Assembly: GCA_964401575.1 (NCBI GenBank)
Contig: CAYNZC010000002.1
Location: 3,462-67,461 of the forward strand
Direction: 5' to 3'
Source: an uncultured Verrucomicrobiota bacterium
GTDB lineage: Bacteria > Verrucomicrobiota > Verrucomicrobiia > Limisphaerales > UBA8199
DNA length: 64,000 nucleotides
Every line of letters starts with the position of its first letter. Within the stretch, counting starts at the first letter, position 1. Below, piece after piece: positions 55,566 through 64,000 of this stretch. The translations under genes and the position numbers were made by a program. The notes below the pieces were generated by a model that was not told the origin of the DNA, did no database searches, and saw nothing but the letters and a program-made list of their open reading frames with translations.

Positions 55566-57764
55566 ATGATCCTGAGCCAGGAAGAATTGCGGAGTTTGGT
55601 CGAGGTTCGCAACGGGTGTCCGCACCAGTTGCTCGGATTACACCCCCTAGGCCCCGGAAAGGGCCTCGTTGCCAGGGCCTTCGCTCCCGAGGCTGCAAAA
55701 GTACGCATTGAGCCTGTCCTTGAAAAAGATAAACCCGTTATCCACCTCAAGCGCATTCACGGCACGGATGTCTTCGAAGGCGCCGTCAAAGAGGTGGACC
55801 GCGTTTATTCGTACGACCTCGTAGTCACAGACCGCGAGGGAAATGTCCGGCGGACCAGGGATCCCTACTCGTTCCTGCCCACGCTCGGCGAATCAGAATT
55901 GTATCTCTTTGGCAAAGGCGACGAGCGACGGATTTACGAGAAGCTTGGCGCGCAGTTGCGCACGATCGACGGCGTCTGGGGAACCAGCTTCGGCGTTTGG
56001 GCGCCAAACGCGCAACGCGTCAGCGTTGTGGGTGATTTCAACCAGTGGGATGGGCGCCGCCATCCCATGCGGTCTCTCGGCGCCTCCGGCGTCTGGGAGA
56101 TATTCATTCCGGGCGTTGGCGAGGGGGCTCACTACAAATTTGAGATTCGCAACTGCCACGGCCACATTGTTCTTAAGACCGATCCGTACGGATTCTTCTT
56201 CGAGCGCCCCCCCAAAAACGCCGCCATCGTCTGGAACAACAGCAAGTTTGCCTGGACGGACGCCGCTTGGCTTGCCCAGCGGGGCAAACGTGATCCACTG
56301 GCCTCGCCACTGAGTATCTACGAGGTGCACATTGGTTCCTGGCGCAAAAAATCCGTTGGCGAGTCTCTGAGCTATCGCGAACTGGCGGAACCCCTTGTGG
56401 CTTACGTGAAGGAAATGGGATTTACTCACGTCGAGTTCCTGCCCGTCGCCGAGCACGCATACTACCCCTCTTGGGGCTATCAGGTCACAGGCTTTTACGC
56501 CCCGACCAGCCGTTATGGCACTCCAGAGGACTTTCAATTTCTCGTCAACGCGCTGCACAACGCAGGTATCGGCGTCCTGATTGACTGGGTGCCCGCTCAC
56601 TTTCCCCGAGACGATTGGGCGCTGGCCCAGTTTGATGGCACCGCCTTATACGAGCACGAGGATCCCCGGCGTGGCTCGCACCAGGACTGGGGCACCCTCA
56701 TCTTCAATTTCGGACGGCACGAGGTTAGCAATTTCCTGACCGCCAACGCCCTCTTCTGGTGCGACCGGTTTCATATCGACGGCCTCCGCGTGGATGCTGT
56801 CGCCTCAATGCTTTACCTCGATTATTCCCGGAAGGAAGGCGAGTGGCTTCCCAACCAGTACGGCGGACGCGAGAATCTCGAGGCCATCGAGTTCATGCGG
56901 AAATTTAACCATCTGGCACACACGGAATTTCCCGGCGTGATCACCATCGCGGAGGAATCAACCGCATGGCCGCTGGTCACAAGGCCGCCTTACCTTGGAG
57001 GTCTGGGTTTCAATTTCAAGTGGAATATGGGCTGGATGCACGACACCCTCCACTACTTCTCACGCGATCCCGTCTTTCGCCGCTTCCATCAAAACGACCT
57101 GACCTTCGCGATGCTTTATCACCACCACGAGAACTTCATTCTGCCGCTCTCACATGATGAAGTTGTGCATGGCAAAAACTCGCTCCTTGGCCGCATGCCC
57201 GGCGACGATTGGCAGCGCTTTGCCAACCTGCGGCTTTTGCTCGCGTATCAATGGTGTTTTCCCGGCAAAATGCTCCTCTTTATGGGCGGCGAACTCGGCC
57301 AAAGCGCCGAATGGAACGCCAACGGCCAGGTGGACTGGTGGCTCCTCAAGTCCGGCCCCTACCATGCCGGCCTCCGGAACTTCGTCAAAGACCTCAACCA
57401 TCTTTACCAGGCCCAACCCTGCCTCTGGCAACTGGACCACGAACACCACGGCTTTTCATGGATCGATTGCTCGGACCATGACAACAGCGTCCTGTCATTC
57501 ATCCGTCGAGCCAAGGACGCCCCCTCAATGGTGGTCATTATGAATCTCACGCCCGTCCCGCGATCCGACTACCGTCTTGGTGTGCCGTGCCCGGGCAAGT
57601 GGCGTGAAGTCCTCAATAGCGACTCGGCCGTCTATGGCGGCAGTAACGTCGGAAATCTTGGCGGCGTATCCGCGGAAGAGGTCCCGTCCCACGGCCAACC
57701 CTGCGCCGCCTCATTCACGCTGCCTCCGCTCGCGATCGTGGCTTTTCAACCAGATGCGGTCTAA
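55566..57764 (+). CDS. glgB: 1,4-alpha-glucan branching enzyme
   Basis: HQLLGLH, FGVWAPNA, GH13 catalytic blocks (DWVPAHF; GLRVDAVASMLY; ITIAEEST; LSHDEVVHGK). Start taken at ATG 55566; the ORF-track start at 55377 overlaps the divergent gene. Confidence 0.92.
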   Translation: MILSQEELRSLVEVRNGCPHQLLGLHPLGPGKGLVARAFAPEAAKVRIEPVLEKDKPVIHLKRIHGTDVFEGAVKEVDRVYSYDLVVTDREGNVRRTRDPYSFLPTLGESELYLFGKGDERRIYEKLGAQLRTIDGVWGTSFGVWAPNAQRVSVVGDFNQWDGRRHPMRSLGASGVWEIFIPGVGEGAHYKFEIRNCHGHIVLKTDPYGFFFERPPKNAAIVWNNSKFAWTDAAWLAQRGKRDPLASPLSIYEVHIGSWRKKSVGESLSYRELAEPLVAYVKEMGFTHVEFLPVAEHAYYPSWGYQVTGFYAPTSRYGTPEDFQFLVNALHNAGIGVLIDWVPAHFPRDDWALAQFDGTALYEHEDPRRGSHQDWGTLIFNFGRHEVSNFLTANALFWCDRFHIDGLRVDAVASMLYLDYSRKEGEWLPNQYGGRENLEAIEFMRKFNHLAHTEFPGVITIAEESTAWPLVTRPPYLGGLGFNFKWNMGWMHDTLHYFSRDPVFRRFHQNDLTFAMLYHHHENFILPLSHDEVVHGKNSLLGRMPGDDWQRFANLRLLLAYQWCFPGKMLLFMGGELGQSAEWNANGQVDWWLLKSGPYHAGLRNFVKDLNHLYQAQPCLWQLDHEHHGFSWIDCSDHDNSVLSFIRRAKDAPSMVVIMNLTPVPRSDYRLGVPCPGKWREVLNSDSAVYGGSNVGNLGGVSAEEVPSHGQPCAASFTLPPLAIVAFQPDAV

Positions 57765-57767
57765 AAA

Positions 57768-57792
57768 AGCGGCGGACAAATTGTCCGCCGCT
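57768..57792. terminator. Hairpin terminator between convergent glgB and the TIM-barrel gene (T-run on the minus strand)
   Basis: AGCGGCGGAC (57768-57777) / GTCCGCCGCT (57783-57792). The A-run at 57763-57768 reads TTTTTT after the stem on the minus strand. The hairpin begins 4 nt after the glgB stop. Confidence 0.55.
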
Positions 57793-57855
57793 TCTGAATC
57801 AAGTCGAAAAACCTAACTTCCTGTTTTTTTGGCCCCCAAGCAGCCCACAAGGTTC

Positions 57856-58782
57856 CTACACGCCGAATAGAGGCCTGAGAACATTCCCCGCCACCTTTAG
57901 CGCTCGCTGCCGTCCTGCAAGCGTCTTGCCAAACGTGTCGTCCTCCACCTCGATGCACAGCGGCCCATTGTAACCAACCTCGTTCAGCTTCGCCACGTAC
58001 CTCGCCCAGTCGATATCACCAAACCCCGGGATTCGGGGCGTGTGCCATTCCTTCGGAAATGCAAAGATTCCCACCTCGTTGAGCTTCTCGGGATGCACCA
58101 CCATGTCCTTCGCATGCATGTGGAACAGTTTGCTCTTGAACTCGCGTAGCGGCGACAGCGGATCCATCCGCTGCAGGACAAAATGCGAAGGATCATAATT
58201 GAGCCCGAAGTTATCCGAATCGATATCATTGAACATTCGCCGCCACACCACGGGCGACACCGCCAGGTTCTTTCCGCCGGGCCACTCATCTTTCGAGAAA
58301 GACATCGGGCAGTTCTCGATGCCCACCTTGATTCCGTTGTCCTCAGCAAAGGCAATCAGCGGCTTCCAGACCTTCAGAAAGCGCGGCCAGTTTTCGTCGA
58401 TCGTCTTTGTCCAGTCCCGGCCGACAAACGTGTTGGCATGCTTCAGACCCAGGATCCTGGCGGCTTTGATGACTCTTTTGAAATGCGCCACGGATTTTCG
58501 TGAGACTACCGGGTCGGGATCCAGGGGGTTCGGATAATAACCAAGTGCCGACAGGCTCACCCCGTATTTCGCGCAAAGACCGTTCACCTCATCAGCCCGC
58601 CCCTTTGTCAGGTTGGTAACATCAATATGCGTCACACCCGCAAACTTCCGTTCGGCCTTGCCCGTCGGCCAGCAGGCCGCCTCGATGCACGAGAACCCGT
58701 TCCGGGCCGCAAAGGCCAGAACACTATCGAGGCTCATATCCGGAAGAATCGCTGTGAAGAATCCTAGTTTCATAAGTGACAC
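57856..58782 (-). CDS. Sugar phosphate isomerase/epimerase (xylose isomerase-like TIM barrel)
   Basis: AP_endonuc_2-type pattern (KLGFFTAIL...GFSCIE...GIENCP...HMHAKD...LCIEVED). Confidence 0.8.
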   Translation of the reverse strand: MSLMKLGFFTAILPDMSLDSVLAFAARNGFSCIEAACWPTGKAERKFAGVTHIDVTNLTKGRADEVNGLCAKYGVSLSALGYYPNPLDPDPVVSRKSVAHFKRVIKAARILGLKHANTFVGRDWTKTIDENWPRFLKVWKPLIAFAEDNGIKVGIENCPMSFSKDEWPGGKNLAVSPVVWRRMFNDIDSDNFGLNYDPSHFVLQRMDPLSPLREFKSKLFHMHAKDMVVHPEKLNEVGIFAFPKEWHTPRIPGFGDIDWARYVAKLNEVGYNGPLCIEVEDDTFGKTLAGRQRALKVAGNVLRPLFGV

Positions 58783-58890
58783 CGAATGTGAACAATCCCG
58801 CCTGCAACGTCAACAGCAGTCGTTTCTCGCGTCGGTTTCCAGTCCTTTTTTCTGGCGCTCGGGCCATTTTTTCCACTTAATTCACGCCCG

Positions 58891-59937
58891 ATGAACAAGA
58901 AAGCTTATGCGCGCGCCGGAGTGGACATTGACCTCGGCAATAGAGTGAAGGCCGGCCTTCCAGACCTGCTCGCATCCACCCATCGCAGAGAGGTCCTTGG
59001 CAAGGTTGGCGGCTTTGGCGGTCTTTTCCAGCTCGACCTCGCCAAATACCGCCAGCCCGTCCTGGTCTCCAGCGTCGATGGCGTGGGCACCAAACTCAAG
59101 CTCGCCTTCGCCATGGATCGCCACGACACCATCGGTCAGGACCTGGTCAATCATTGCGTCAACGACATCGCCGTCCTGGGCGCCGAGCCACTCTTCTTCC
59201 TCGATTACCTGGGCACCGGCAAACTGCAGCCGGGCGTCTTCAAGCAAATCATCCGCGGCTTTGCAAAAGCCTGCGCCGAAAACAAGTGCGCTCTCATCGG
59301 CGGCGAAACCGCTCAGATGCCCGGCTTCTACCAGACCGGCGAATACGATGTCAGCGGCACCATCGTCGGCGTGGTCGAGAAGAGCCGGATGATCACCGGA
59401 AAAACAATCCGTCCCGGGGATGCGGTGATCGGGTTGGCCTCAAGCGGTTTGCACACAAATGGCTATTCTCTCGCCAGACAGGTCTTGTTCGAGAAACTCA
59501 AGCTCAAGCCCCGGTCCCGGGTGCCCGGAATCCGCAACACCATTGGCGACGAACTTCTCAAGGTTCACGTCAGCTATGGCCCGCTGATCCAAAAGCTCCA
59601 GGCGAAATTCAATCGCAACGCAACGCGCCACATCAAAGGCATGGCGCACATCACCGGCGGTGGATTCATTGACAACATCCCGCGTGTCCTCCCCGGGAAC
59701 TGCAATGTCGTTATTCGCAAGGGCTCCTGGGAGTCATTGCCGATTTTTGATCTCTTGAAAAGCAGAGGTGGAATTCCTGAACCCGAGCTTTACCAGGTCT
59801 TTAACATGGGCATCGGCATGGTTATTATCGTTTCCGCTCAAAAGGCGCGGGAAATCCTAGCGTTCACCCGAGAACACCATTCATCATGGATTATTGGAGA
59901 GGTGGAACGCGGCGTTGGGAAGGTGCGGGTCCTCTGA
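58891..59937 (+). CDS. purM: Phosphoribosylformylglycinamidine cyclo-ligase (AIR synthetase)
   Basis: YARAGVDID, VSSVDGVGTKL, DLVNHCVNDI, GGETAQMPG and HITGGG. Confidence 0.93.
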   Translation: MNKKAYARAGVDIDLGNRVKAGLPDLLASTHRREVLGKVGGFGGLFQLDLAKYRQPVLVSSVDGVGTKLKLAFAMDRHDTIGQDLVNHCVNDIAVLGAEPLFFLDYLGTGKLQPGVFKQIIRGFAKACAENKCALIGGETAQMPGFYQTGEYDVSGTIVGVVEKSRMITGKTIRPGDAVIGLASSGLHTNGYSLARQVLFEKLKLKPRSRVPGIRNTIGDELLKVHVSYGPLIQKLQAKFNRNATRHIKGMAHITGGGFIDNIPRVLPGNCNVVIRKGSWESLPIFDLLKSRGGIPEPELYQVFNMGIGMVIIVSAQKAREILAFTREHHSSWIIGEVERGVGKVRVL

Positions 59938-59943
59938 GGGCGC

Positions 59944-59993
59944 AACAAAACAGAGAATCTCTCTGCGACGTGATTTTCTCTGTTGTTTTCTCT
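59944..59993 (+). terminator. Possible purM terminator (AU-rich bulged stem + T-rich tail)
   Basis: ACAGAGAA (59950-59957) / TTCTCTGT (59976-59983). The stem is extendable with a 2-nt bulge and is followed by TGTTTTCTCTT. Confidence 0.35.
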
Positions 59994-60055
59994 TGCCAAC
60001 CCCGGCGCATTGTCCTAAGAGTAGGCTCAGTCCTAAAAATCATACTGCATTCACA

Positions 60056-60655
60056 ATGAAAGCCTTAATCCAAGCCTGTGTGCTCGCCCTTGCTCTCTCA
60101 GTCCATGGTCAGGGCTACGTCGAATGTATTTCCACCTTCCCAATGAATGCTGCCGGCGGTTCCTGGCAGGGCACTATCGGCTTCACATTCAAGGCGAACG
60201 AGGCCATGTCGGTCGTTCAACTTGGCGTCTTCAAGAGTGTCGCAGATACGGGCAATTTCGATGTCGGCCTCTGGGGGCCCTCCGGTATGATCGGATCGGT
60301 CACCGTTACCCCCCTGAGCCCTGAAACAAATTTCACCAGGTATGAAACTCTTCCCGTAATCGCCTCGTTGATGCCGAACGAAGTGTACTTCATAGGCGCC
60401 TATGTGCCCGTGCCCATTTCCCTGCACTTCGCCGGCGCGCTCTTTGGAAACACATTCGAGGTCCTTTCCACCATCACAGATGTCGGTCTGGCCCAGGACA
60501 CTACCAGCCCTACGCTCACAAAACCCACCCTGGTGAATCAAGGCGAAGGAACCTTGCCGGGAATTGTAAACTTCCGGATTATTCCCGAGCCCGGTCTGGG
60601 TCTTGGCGCCATAGCCTTGGCTGCTTTTGTCGCGCGCAAAGCCTTTTGCAGATAG
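60056..60655 (+). CDS. PEP-CTERM sorting-domain protein (secreted, unknown function)
   Basis: Signal peptide MKALIQACVLALALSVHGQG. C-terminal tail IIPEPGLGLGAIALAAFVARKAFCR. Confidence 0.75.
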   Translation: MKALIQACVLALALSVHGQGYVECISTFPMNAAGGSWQGTIGFTFKANEAMSVVQLGVFKSVADTGNFDVGLWGPSGMIGSVTVTPLSPETNFTRYETLPVIASLMPNEVYFIGAYVPVPISLHFAGALFGNTFEVLSTITDVGLAQDTTSPTLTKPTLVNQGEGTLPGIVNFRIIPEPGLGLGAIALAAFVARKAFCR

Positions 60656-60766
60656 GATGCCTGCGCCGTCCGGTGCTGCTTCCAAAAAAACTTTTTATAA
60701 GAGCTTGACGCACAACACAAAAGGAGCTAAACAGCTCCTGAAAGCCAATATCAACCAGTCACCTAT

Positions 60767-61096
60767 ATGACTCTGACAAAAAGAGACTTGGTGGGCCGCA
60801 TCAGCAACGATACAAAGCTCGGACAGCAAGTGGTCTTGAGCGTCATACAAAAAACCCTCGACCACATCTCCGAAGCTCTCGCCAAGGGCGATAAAGTCGA
60901 ATTGCGCAACTTCGGCGTGTTCGAGGTCAAAGTGCGGAAGGCCCGGATCGGTCGCAACCCGAATGCGCCCGAAACCGATGTCCCGATCCCGCAGCGGTCT
61001 GTGGTGAAGTTCAAACCCGGCAAGGAAATGCGGGCGGAGGTTATTAAGCTCAGCCCCTCAAGGGTTGCCAACAATCCCCCGGCTTCTCCAACCTGA
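60767..61096 (+). CDS. HU/IHF-family DNA-binding protein (IHF beta-like)
   Basis: TKRDLV..I, GDKVELRNFGVFEVKVRKARIGRNPNAPETDVPIPQRSVVKFKPGKEM. Confidence 0.85.
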   Translation: MTLTKRDLVGRISNDTKLGQQVVLSVIQKTLDHISEALAKGDKVELRNFGVFEVKVRKARIGRNPNAPETDVPIPQRSVVKFKPGKEMRAEVIKLSPSRVANNPPASPT

Positions 61097-61207
61097 TCCA
61101 GGCGAGCGGGCATGCGCCCGCGCCCTGCCCTTTATCCGGCAAAACGGGCCTTGCGTCCGCAAGTATTTCTGTTGAATTTTATGTGAACGCCGTTCGCGCT
61201 GCGTGCT

Positions 61208-61624
61208 TTAAGGTCTCCACCACTCCCCGTTCAAACGAAGTTCCTCCAGCAACTGCGCGTCGGCCTCCGGAAACTCGTAGGCCCCGAGCTCAAGCTTGTT
61301 AACCCAGCGAAAGTCCGAACACCCTAATGTGCATGGCTCATTAGACAACCACCTGCACAAAAAAAACTTCAGATGAACGCTTTTCTCGGGGTAATCGTGA
61401 GAAATGCTCGCAACCAGGCAACCAACGTCCACCTCGATGCCGAGCTCCTCCCTCAACTCCCGCGCGACACAATCTTCCCACGCCTCCCCATTCTCTTTTT
61501 TTCCACCAGGGAATTCCCAAAGACCTCCGAGATGCGCCTTTCGATGTCGTTGCGCGATGAGCAATCGCCCACCGCGAAAGACCAGCGCCGCCGCCACCTC
61601 GATGGACTTTCGCGCTTCCGGCAT
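61208..61624 (-). CDS. NUDIX hydrolase (MutT-like 8-oxo-dGTP diphosphatase)
   Basis: Nudix box GGLWEFPGGKKENGEAWEDCVARELREELGI. ATG 61624 lies 4 nt after the ugd stop. The longer ORF-track start would overlap ugd. Confidence 0.8.
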   Translation of the reverse strand: MPEARKSIEVAAALVFRGGRLLIAQRHRKAHLGGLWEFPGGKKENGEAWEDCVARELREELGIEVDVGCLVASISHDYPEKSVHLKFFLCRWLSNEPCTLGCSDFRWVNKLELGAYEFPEADAQLLEELRLNGEWWRP

Positions 61625-61628
61625 CTGC

Positions 61629-62924
61629 TCAAACCTCTCGGCCAATGCTCTTGTATATGAACCCGAGCTTCTCCATCTCATCAACATCGAACAGATTCCG
61701 TCCGTCGAACAGGATTGGGTGCGTGAGCGACTTGCGCACGCGCTCCAGATCCAGCTTTTTGAACTCATCCCACTCGGTGGCCACGACTAGAGCGTCACAA
61801 CCCTCAGCCACTTTGTTCATATCCTCCACGAATTCCACCCCCTGCAGTACTGCGCGGGCCTTGTCCATGGCCTTGGGATCATGCACACGCAAGAGAGCGC
61901 CCTCTTTCTGCAAACGTTGGCAAAGATCAATTGCCGGAGACATCCGCACATCATCGGTGTTTTGTTTGAACGCCAACCCCAGAACTCCAATCCTCTTGTC
62001 CTTCAACACCCAGAGCGTGTCCGTGATTTTTTTCACGAACCGGTTCATTTGCTCCTCGTTGATTCTCTGCACCTCCTTCAATAGCCGGAAATCATATCCG
62101 ATCTGCTCGGAGATTTTGATGAAAGCGCTCAGATCTTTTGGAAAGCAGCTTCCGCCGAAGCCGAGCGACGGACTCAGAAACCTGCGCCCAATACGTTCAT
62201 CCATCCCCATGCCATTAGCCACCTCCTGCACGTTGGCGCCCGTTGCTTCGCAAATGACAGAGATGGCATTGATGTAAGAAATCTTTAGCGCAAGGAATGA
62301 ATTTGAGGCGTGCTTGATCAACTCCGCGGAGTTGATGTCCGTTACGATCACCGGCGCCTGAAAAGGCTTGTAAACCTCCATCATCGCGGGAACCGGCCTC
62401 CGTGACTTCACCCCAACGACAATCCGGTCCGGGTGCATCAGATCCTCCACCGCGAAGCCCTCCCGCAGAAACTCCGGGTTGCTGACGACATCGAACTCGA
62501 CCCTGGCCTTGCAGTAACGCTTGATCGTCTCGGCCACCTTCTCACCCGTCCTCACGGGAACGGTGCTCTTATCCACTACAATCTTGTAGCTGGTCATGGC
62601 GGCGGCAATCTCCCGGGCCACCTTTTCGATGAAGCTTAGATCGACGGAACCGTCCGGTAGCGGGGGCGTGGGGACAGCGATGAAGACCACATCGGATTTT
62701 TCGACTCCTTCGGCGATGCTGGTGGTAAAGCTGAGTCGTCCTTTGGCGACGTTCTCCTGAACCAGGTCCTCCAGACCCGGTTCGTAGATGGGAATGCCAC
62801 CCCCCTGCAAAAGTTTTACCTTGGCAGCGTCGTTATCAACGCAAATCACACGGTGACCCACTTCGGCAAAACACGTGCCTGTCACGAGGCCCACGTAGCC
62901 CGTCCCAATAATCGTCAACTTCAT
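61629..62924 (-). CDS. ugd: UDP-glucose 6-dehydrogenase
   Basis: MKLTIIGTGYVGLVTG, GFGGSCFPKD and overall length match UDPGDH. Confidence 0.92.
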   Translation of the reverse strand: MKLTIIGTGYVGLVTGTCFAEVGHRVICVDNDAAKVKLLQGGGIPIYEPGLEDLVQENVAKGRLSFTTSIAEGVEKSDVVFIAVPTPPLPDGSVDLSFIEKVAREIAAAMTSYKIVVDKSTVPVRTGEKVAETIKRYCKARVEFDVVSNPEFLREGFAVEDLMHPDRIVVGVKSRRPVPAMMEVYKPFQAPVIVTDINSAELIKHASNSFLALKISYINAISVICEATGANVQEVANGMGMDERIGRRFLSPSLGFGGSCFPKDLSAFIKISEQIGYDFRLLKEVQRINEEQMNRFVKKITDTLWVLKDKRIGVLGLAFKQNTDDVRMSPAIDLCQRLQKEGALLRVHDPKAMDKARAVLQGVEFVEDMNKVAEGCDALVVATEWDEFKKLDLERVRKSLTHPILFDGRNLFDVDEMEKLGFIYKSIGREV

Positions 62925-63008
62925 AGCGGAATTTGTTTACCGCCGCCTTTCATTGCGGCAAGGATCACCACGCCGCCACAAGAACCCCGGCCTCCGGTAC
63001 AAGGCAGT

Positions 63009-63737
63009 TTACTTGCTGACCGCCGGCTTCGGAGCAGTATTGGTGGCCGGAGAAAGCACAGGTGTGACCGGCTTGACCTTGGCGGCGATTTCCGGATGCT
63101 TCTCCTTCAACTCGTCCACCCGGGACCTGGCCTCGCCAGCCAGACTGCCAAAACCATCCCGGCTCACATCCTGGTAAAGAAGAAACGCCCGCTCCAGGGT
63201 TCCTTTTTCCTCGAGCAACCGGGCCAGTGAAAACTTGGCCTGGGCCAACACGGGGCTGTTCGGGTAACGTTCGACAGCGCTGCTGTAGGCCTCGATGGCC
63301 TGCTCTTTCTTTCCAAGCGCTTCCTGGGAGGCCCCCGCGCCAACCAGCGCCTGCGCTGCAAACGGGCTGCCCGGATTTTCGCGCGAGAATCTCTGGTATT
63401 CAGCGAGTGCCGGCTCGTACTTGCCCTGCTCAAAAAGTGTCGAGGCGCCCATTAGGGTGGCCAGTCGGGCGGCTTGTGTGTTCGGATGCTTTCGTGCCAC
63501 CTCCAGATAGGCCTCCGCGTTCACGTTAGTCTGCGGCTTGTCTGCTTCGCTGGCAAAAGCGGCGGAAAGCGCCCGACTGGCTTCAGCGCGCTTCTCCTCA
63601 CGCTGCCACACAATGAAATAAATGATCAGGCCGATCAAAATGGCGGCAACGGTCCCCATAATGACCTGCTTGCGGTTCTTTTCGAACCATGCCCAGGCCC
63701 GATACAGCAGATCGGAGTGTACGATGTCTGATTCCAT
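63009..63737 (-). CDS. Membrane-anchored tetratricopeptide-repeat protein (YfgM-like layout)
   Basis: N-terminal TM segment VIMGTVAAILIGLIIYFIVW, followed by TPR-like A/L/Y-rich repeats. Confidence 0.75.
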   Translation of the reverse strand: MESDIVHSDLLYRAWAWFEKNRKQVIMGTVAAILIGLIIYFIVWQREEKRAEASRALSAAFASEADKPQTNVNAEAYLEVARKHPNTQAARLATLMGASTLFEQGKYEPALAEYQRFSRENPGSPFAAQALVGAGASQEALGKKEQAIEAYSSAVERYPNSPVLAQAKFSLARLLEEKGTLERAFLLYQDVSRDGFGSLAGEARSRVDELKEKHPEIAAKVKPVTPVLSPATNTAPKPAVSK

Positions 63738-63879
63738 ACTAAATCAATTAAAGGGTTTAATTCTCAGGAGGATGGTCTAAAACGCAAGCATGAATTCCTC
63801 GCGCGCAACGGGCGCGCTGAGGTAAACCGGGAAAAAGGTGCCCTCGCCGACGCTCTCTGGGAATTTGATTTCCAAACCG

Positions 63880-64000
63880 CTACTTCTTCGTGGCCGCGGG
63901 TGGGGCCTTCTGCGCCGGAGCGGTGGCTGGAGCCGGCGCGTTGGTTGCGCCCGGCATAGCGCGGAGGTTGTACTTGTCGAGGATTGGAACAAACTGGGGA
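63880..64000 (-). CDS. 3' end of an unidentified gene entering from the right edge
   Basis: Open frame from the window edge to TAG (63880-63882): ...PQFVPILDKYNLRAMPGATNAPAPATAPAQKAPPAATKK. Its codon pattern looks more coding than the overlapping Arg/Pro-rich ORF 63777-63992. Confidence 0.3.
   Translation of the reverse strand, partial: PQFVPILDKYNLRAMPGATNAPAPATAPAQKAPPAATKK

Noticed and set aside
63777-63992. 71-aa minus-strand ORF (MFQSSTSTTSALCRAQPTRRLQPPLRRRRPHPRPRRSS...)
   Set aside because: Its Arg/Pro-rich composition looks like an off-frame artefact. A different frame, open to the window edge and ending at 63880, reads as a more protein-like C-terminus.

Overview
GC-rich bacterial chromosomal segment. 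The gene content suggests a Verrucomicrobiota/PVC-type genome; this is an inference from PEP-CTERM tails, three Tat-signal Gfo/Idh/MocA oxidoreductases, an FG-GAP+FGE-domain fusion and an ECF sigma + Ser/Thr kinase pair. I support about 46 protein-coding genes and found no rRNA, tRNA, CRISPR array, transposase or integrase. Housekeeping genes include system II cytochrome c biogenesis (resB/ccsA), the methyl cycle (metK-ahcY with a divergent SahR-like regulator), tsaD, queA, accA, glgB, purM, ugd, manA, pilT and an IHF/HU protein. Accessory genes include a ~1360-aa surface protein, a TonB-dependent receptor, a REC-PAS-GAF-HK-REC hybrid kinase, GH97 and PEP-CTERM proteins. The strongest candidate for an undescribed system is a 9-kb, seven-gene operon at 9213-18242 in which every junction is a 1-4 nt stop/start overlap. 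It encodes a 73-aa Tat-signal Cys/Trp peptide, a Tat-signal NHL propeller and a Tat-signal NapG/MauM-like tetra-cluster ferredoxin. It also encodes a NapH/MauN-like membrane Fe-S protein, a membrane-anchored PQQ-like propeller, a NuoE-NuoF fusion, and a 2Fe-2S/FAD/NuoG-like protein. Together these look like a self-contained NAD(P)H-to-periplasm electron conduit with no recognisable terminal catalytic cofactor. All calls come from reading the sequence and ORF translations, with no database search, so product names are motif-based and start codons are often ambiguous.
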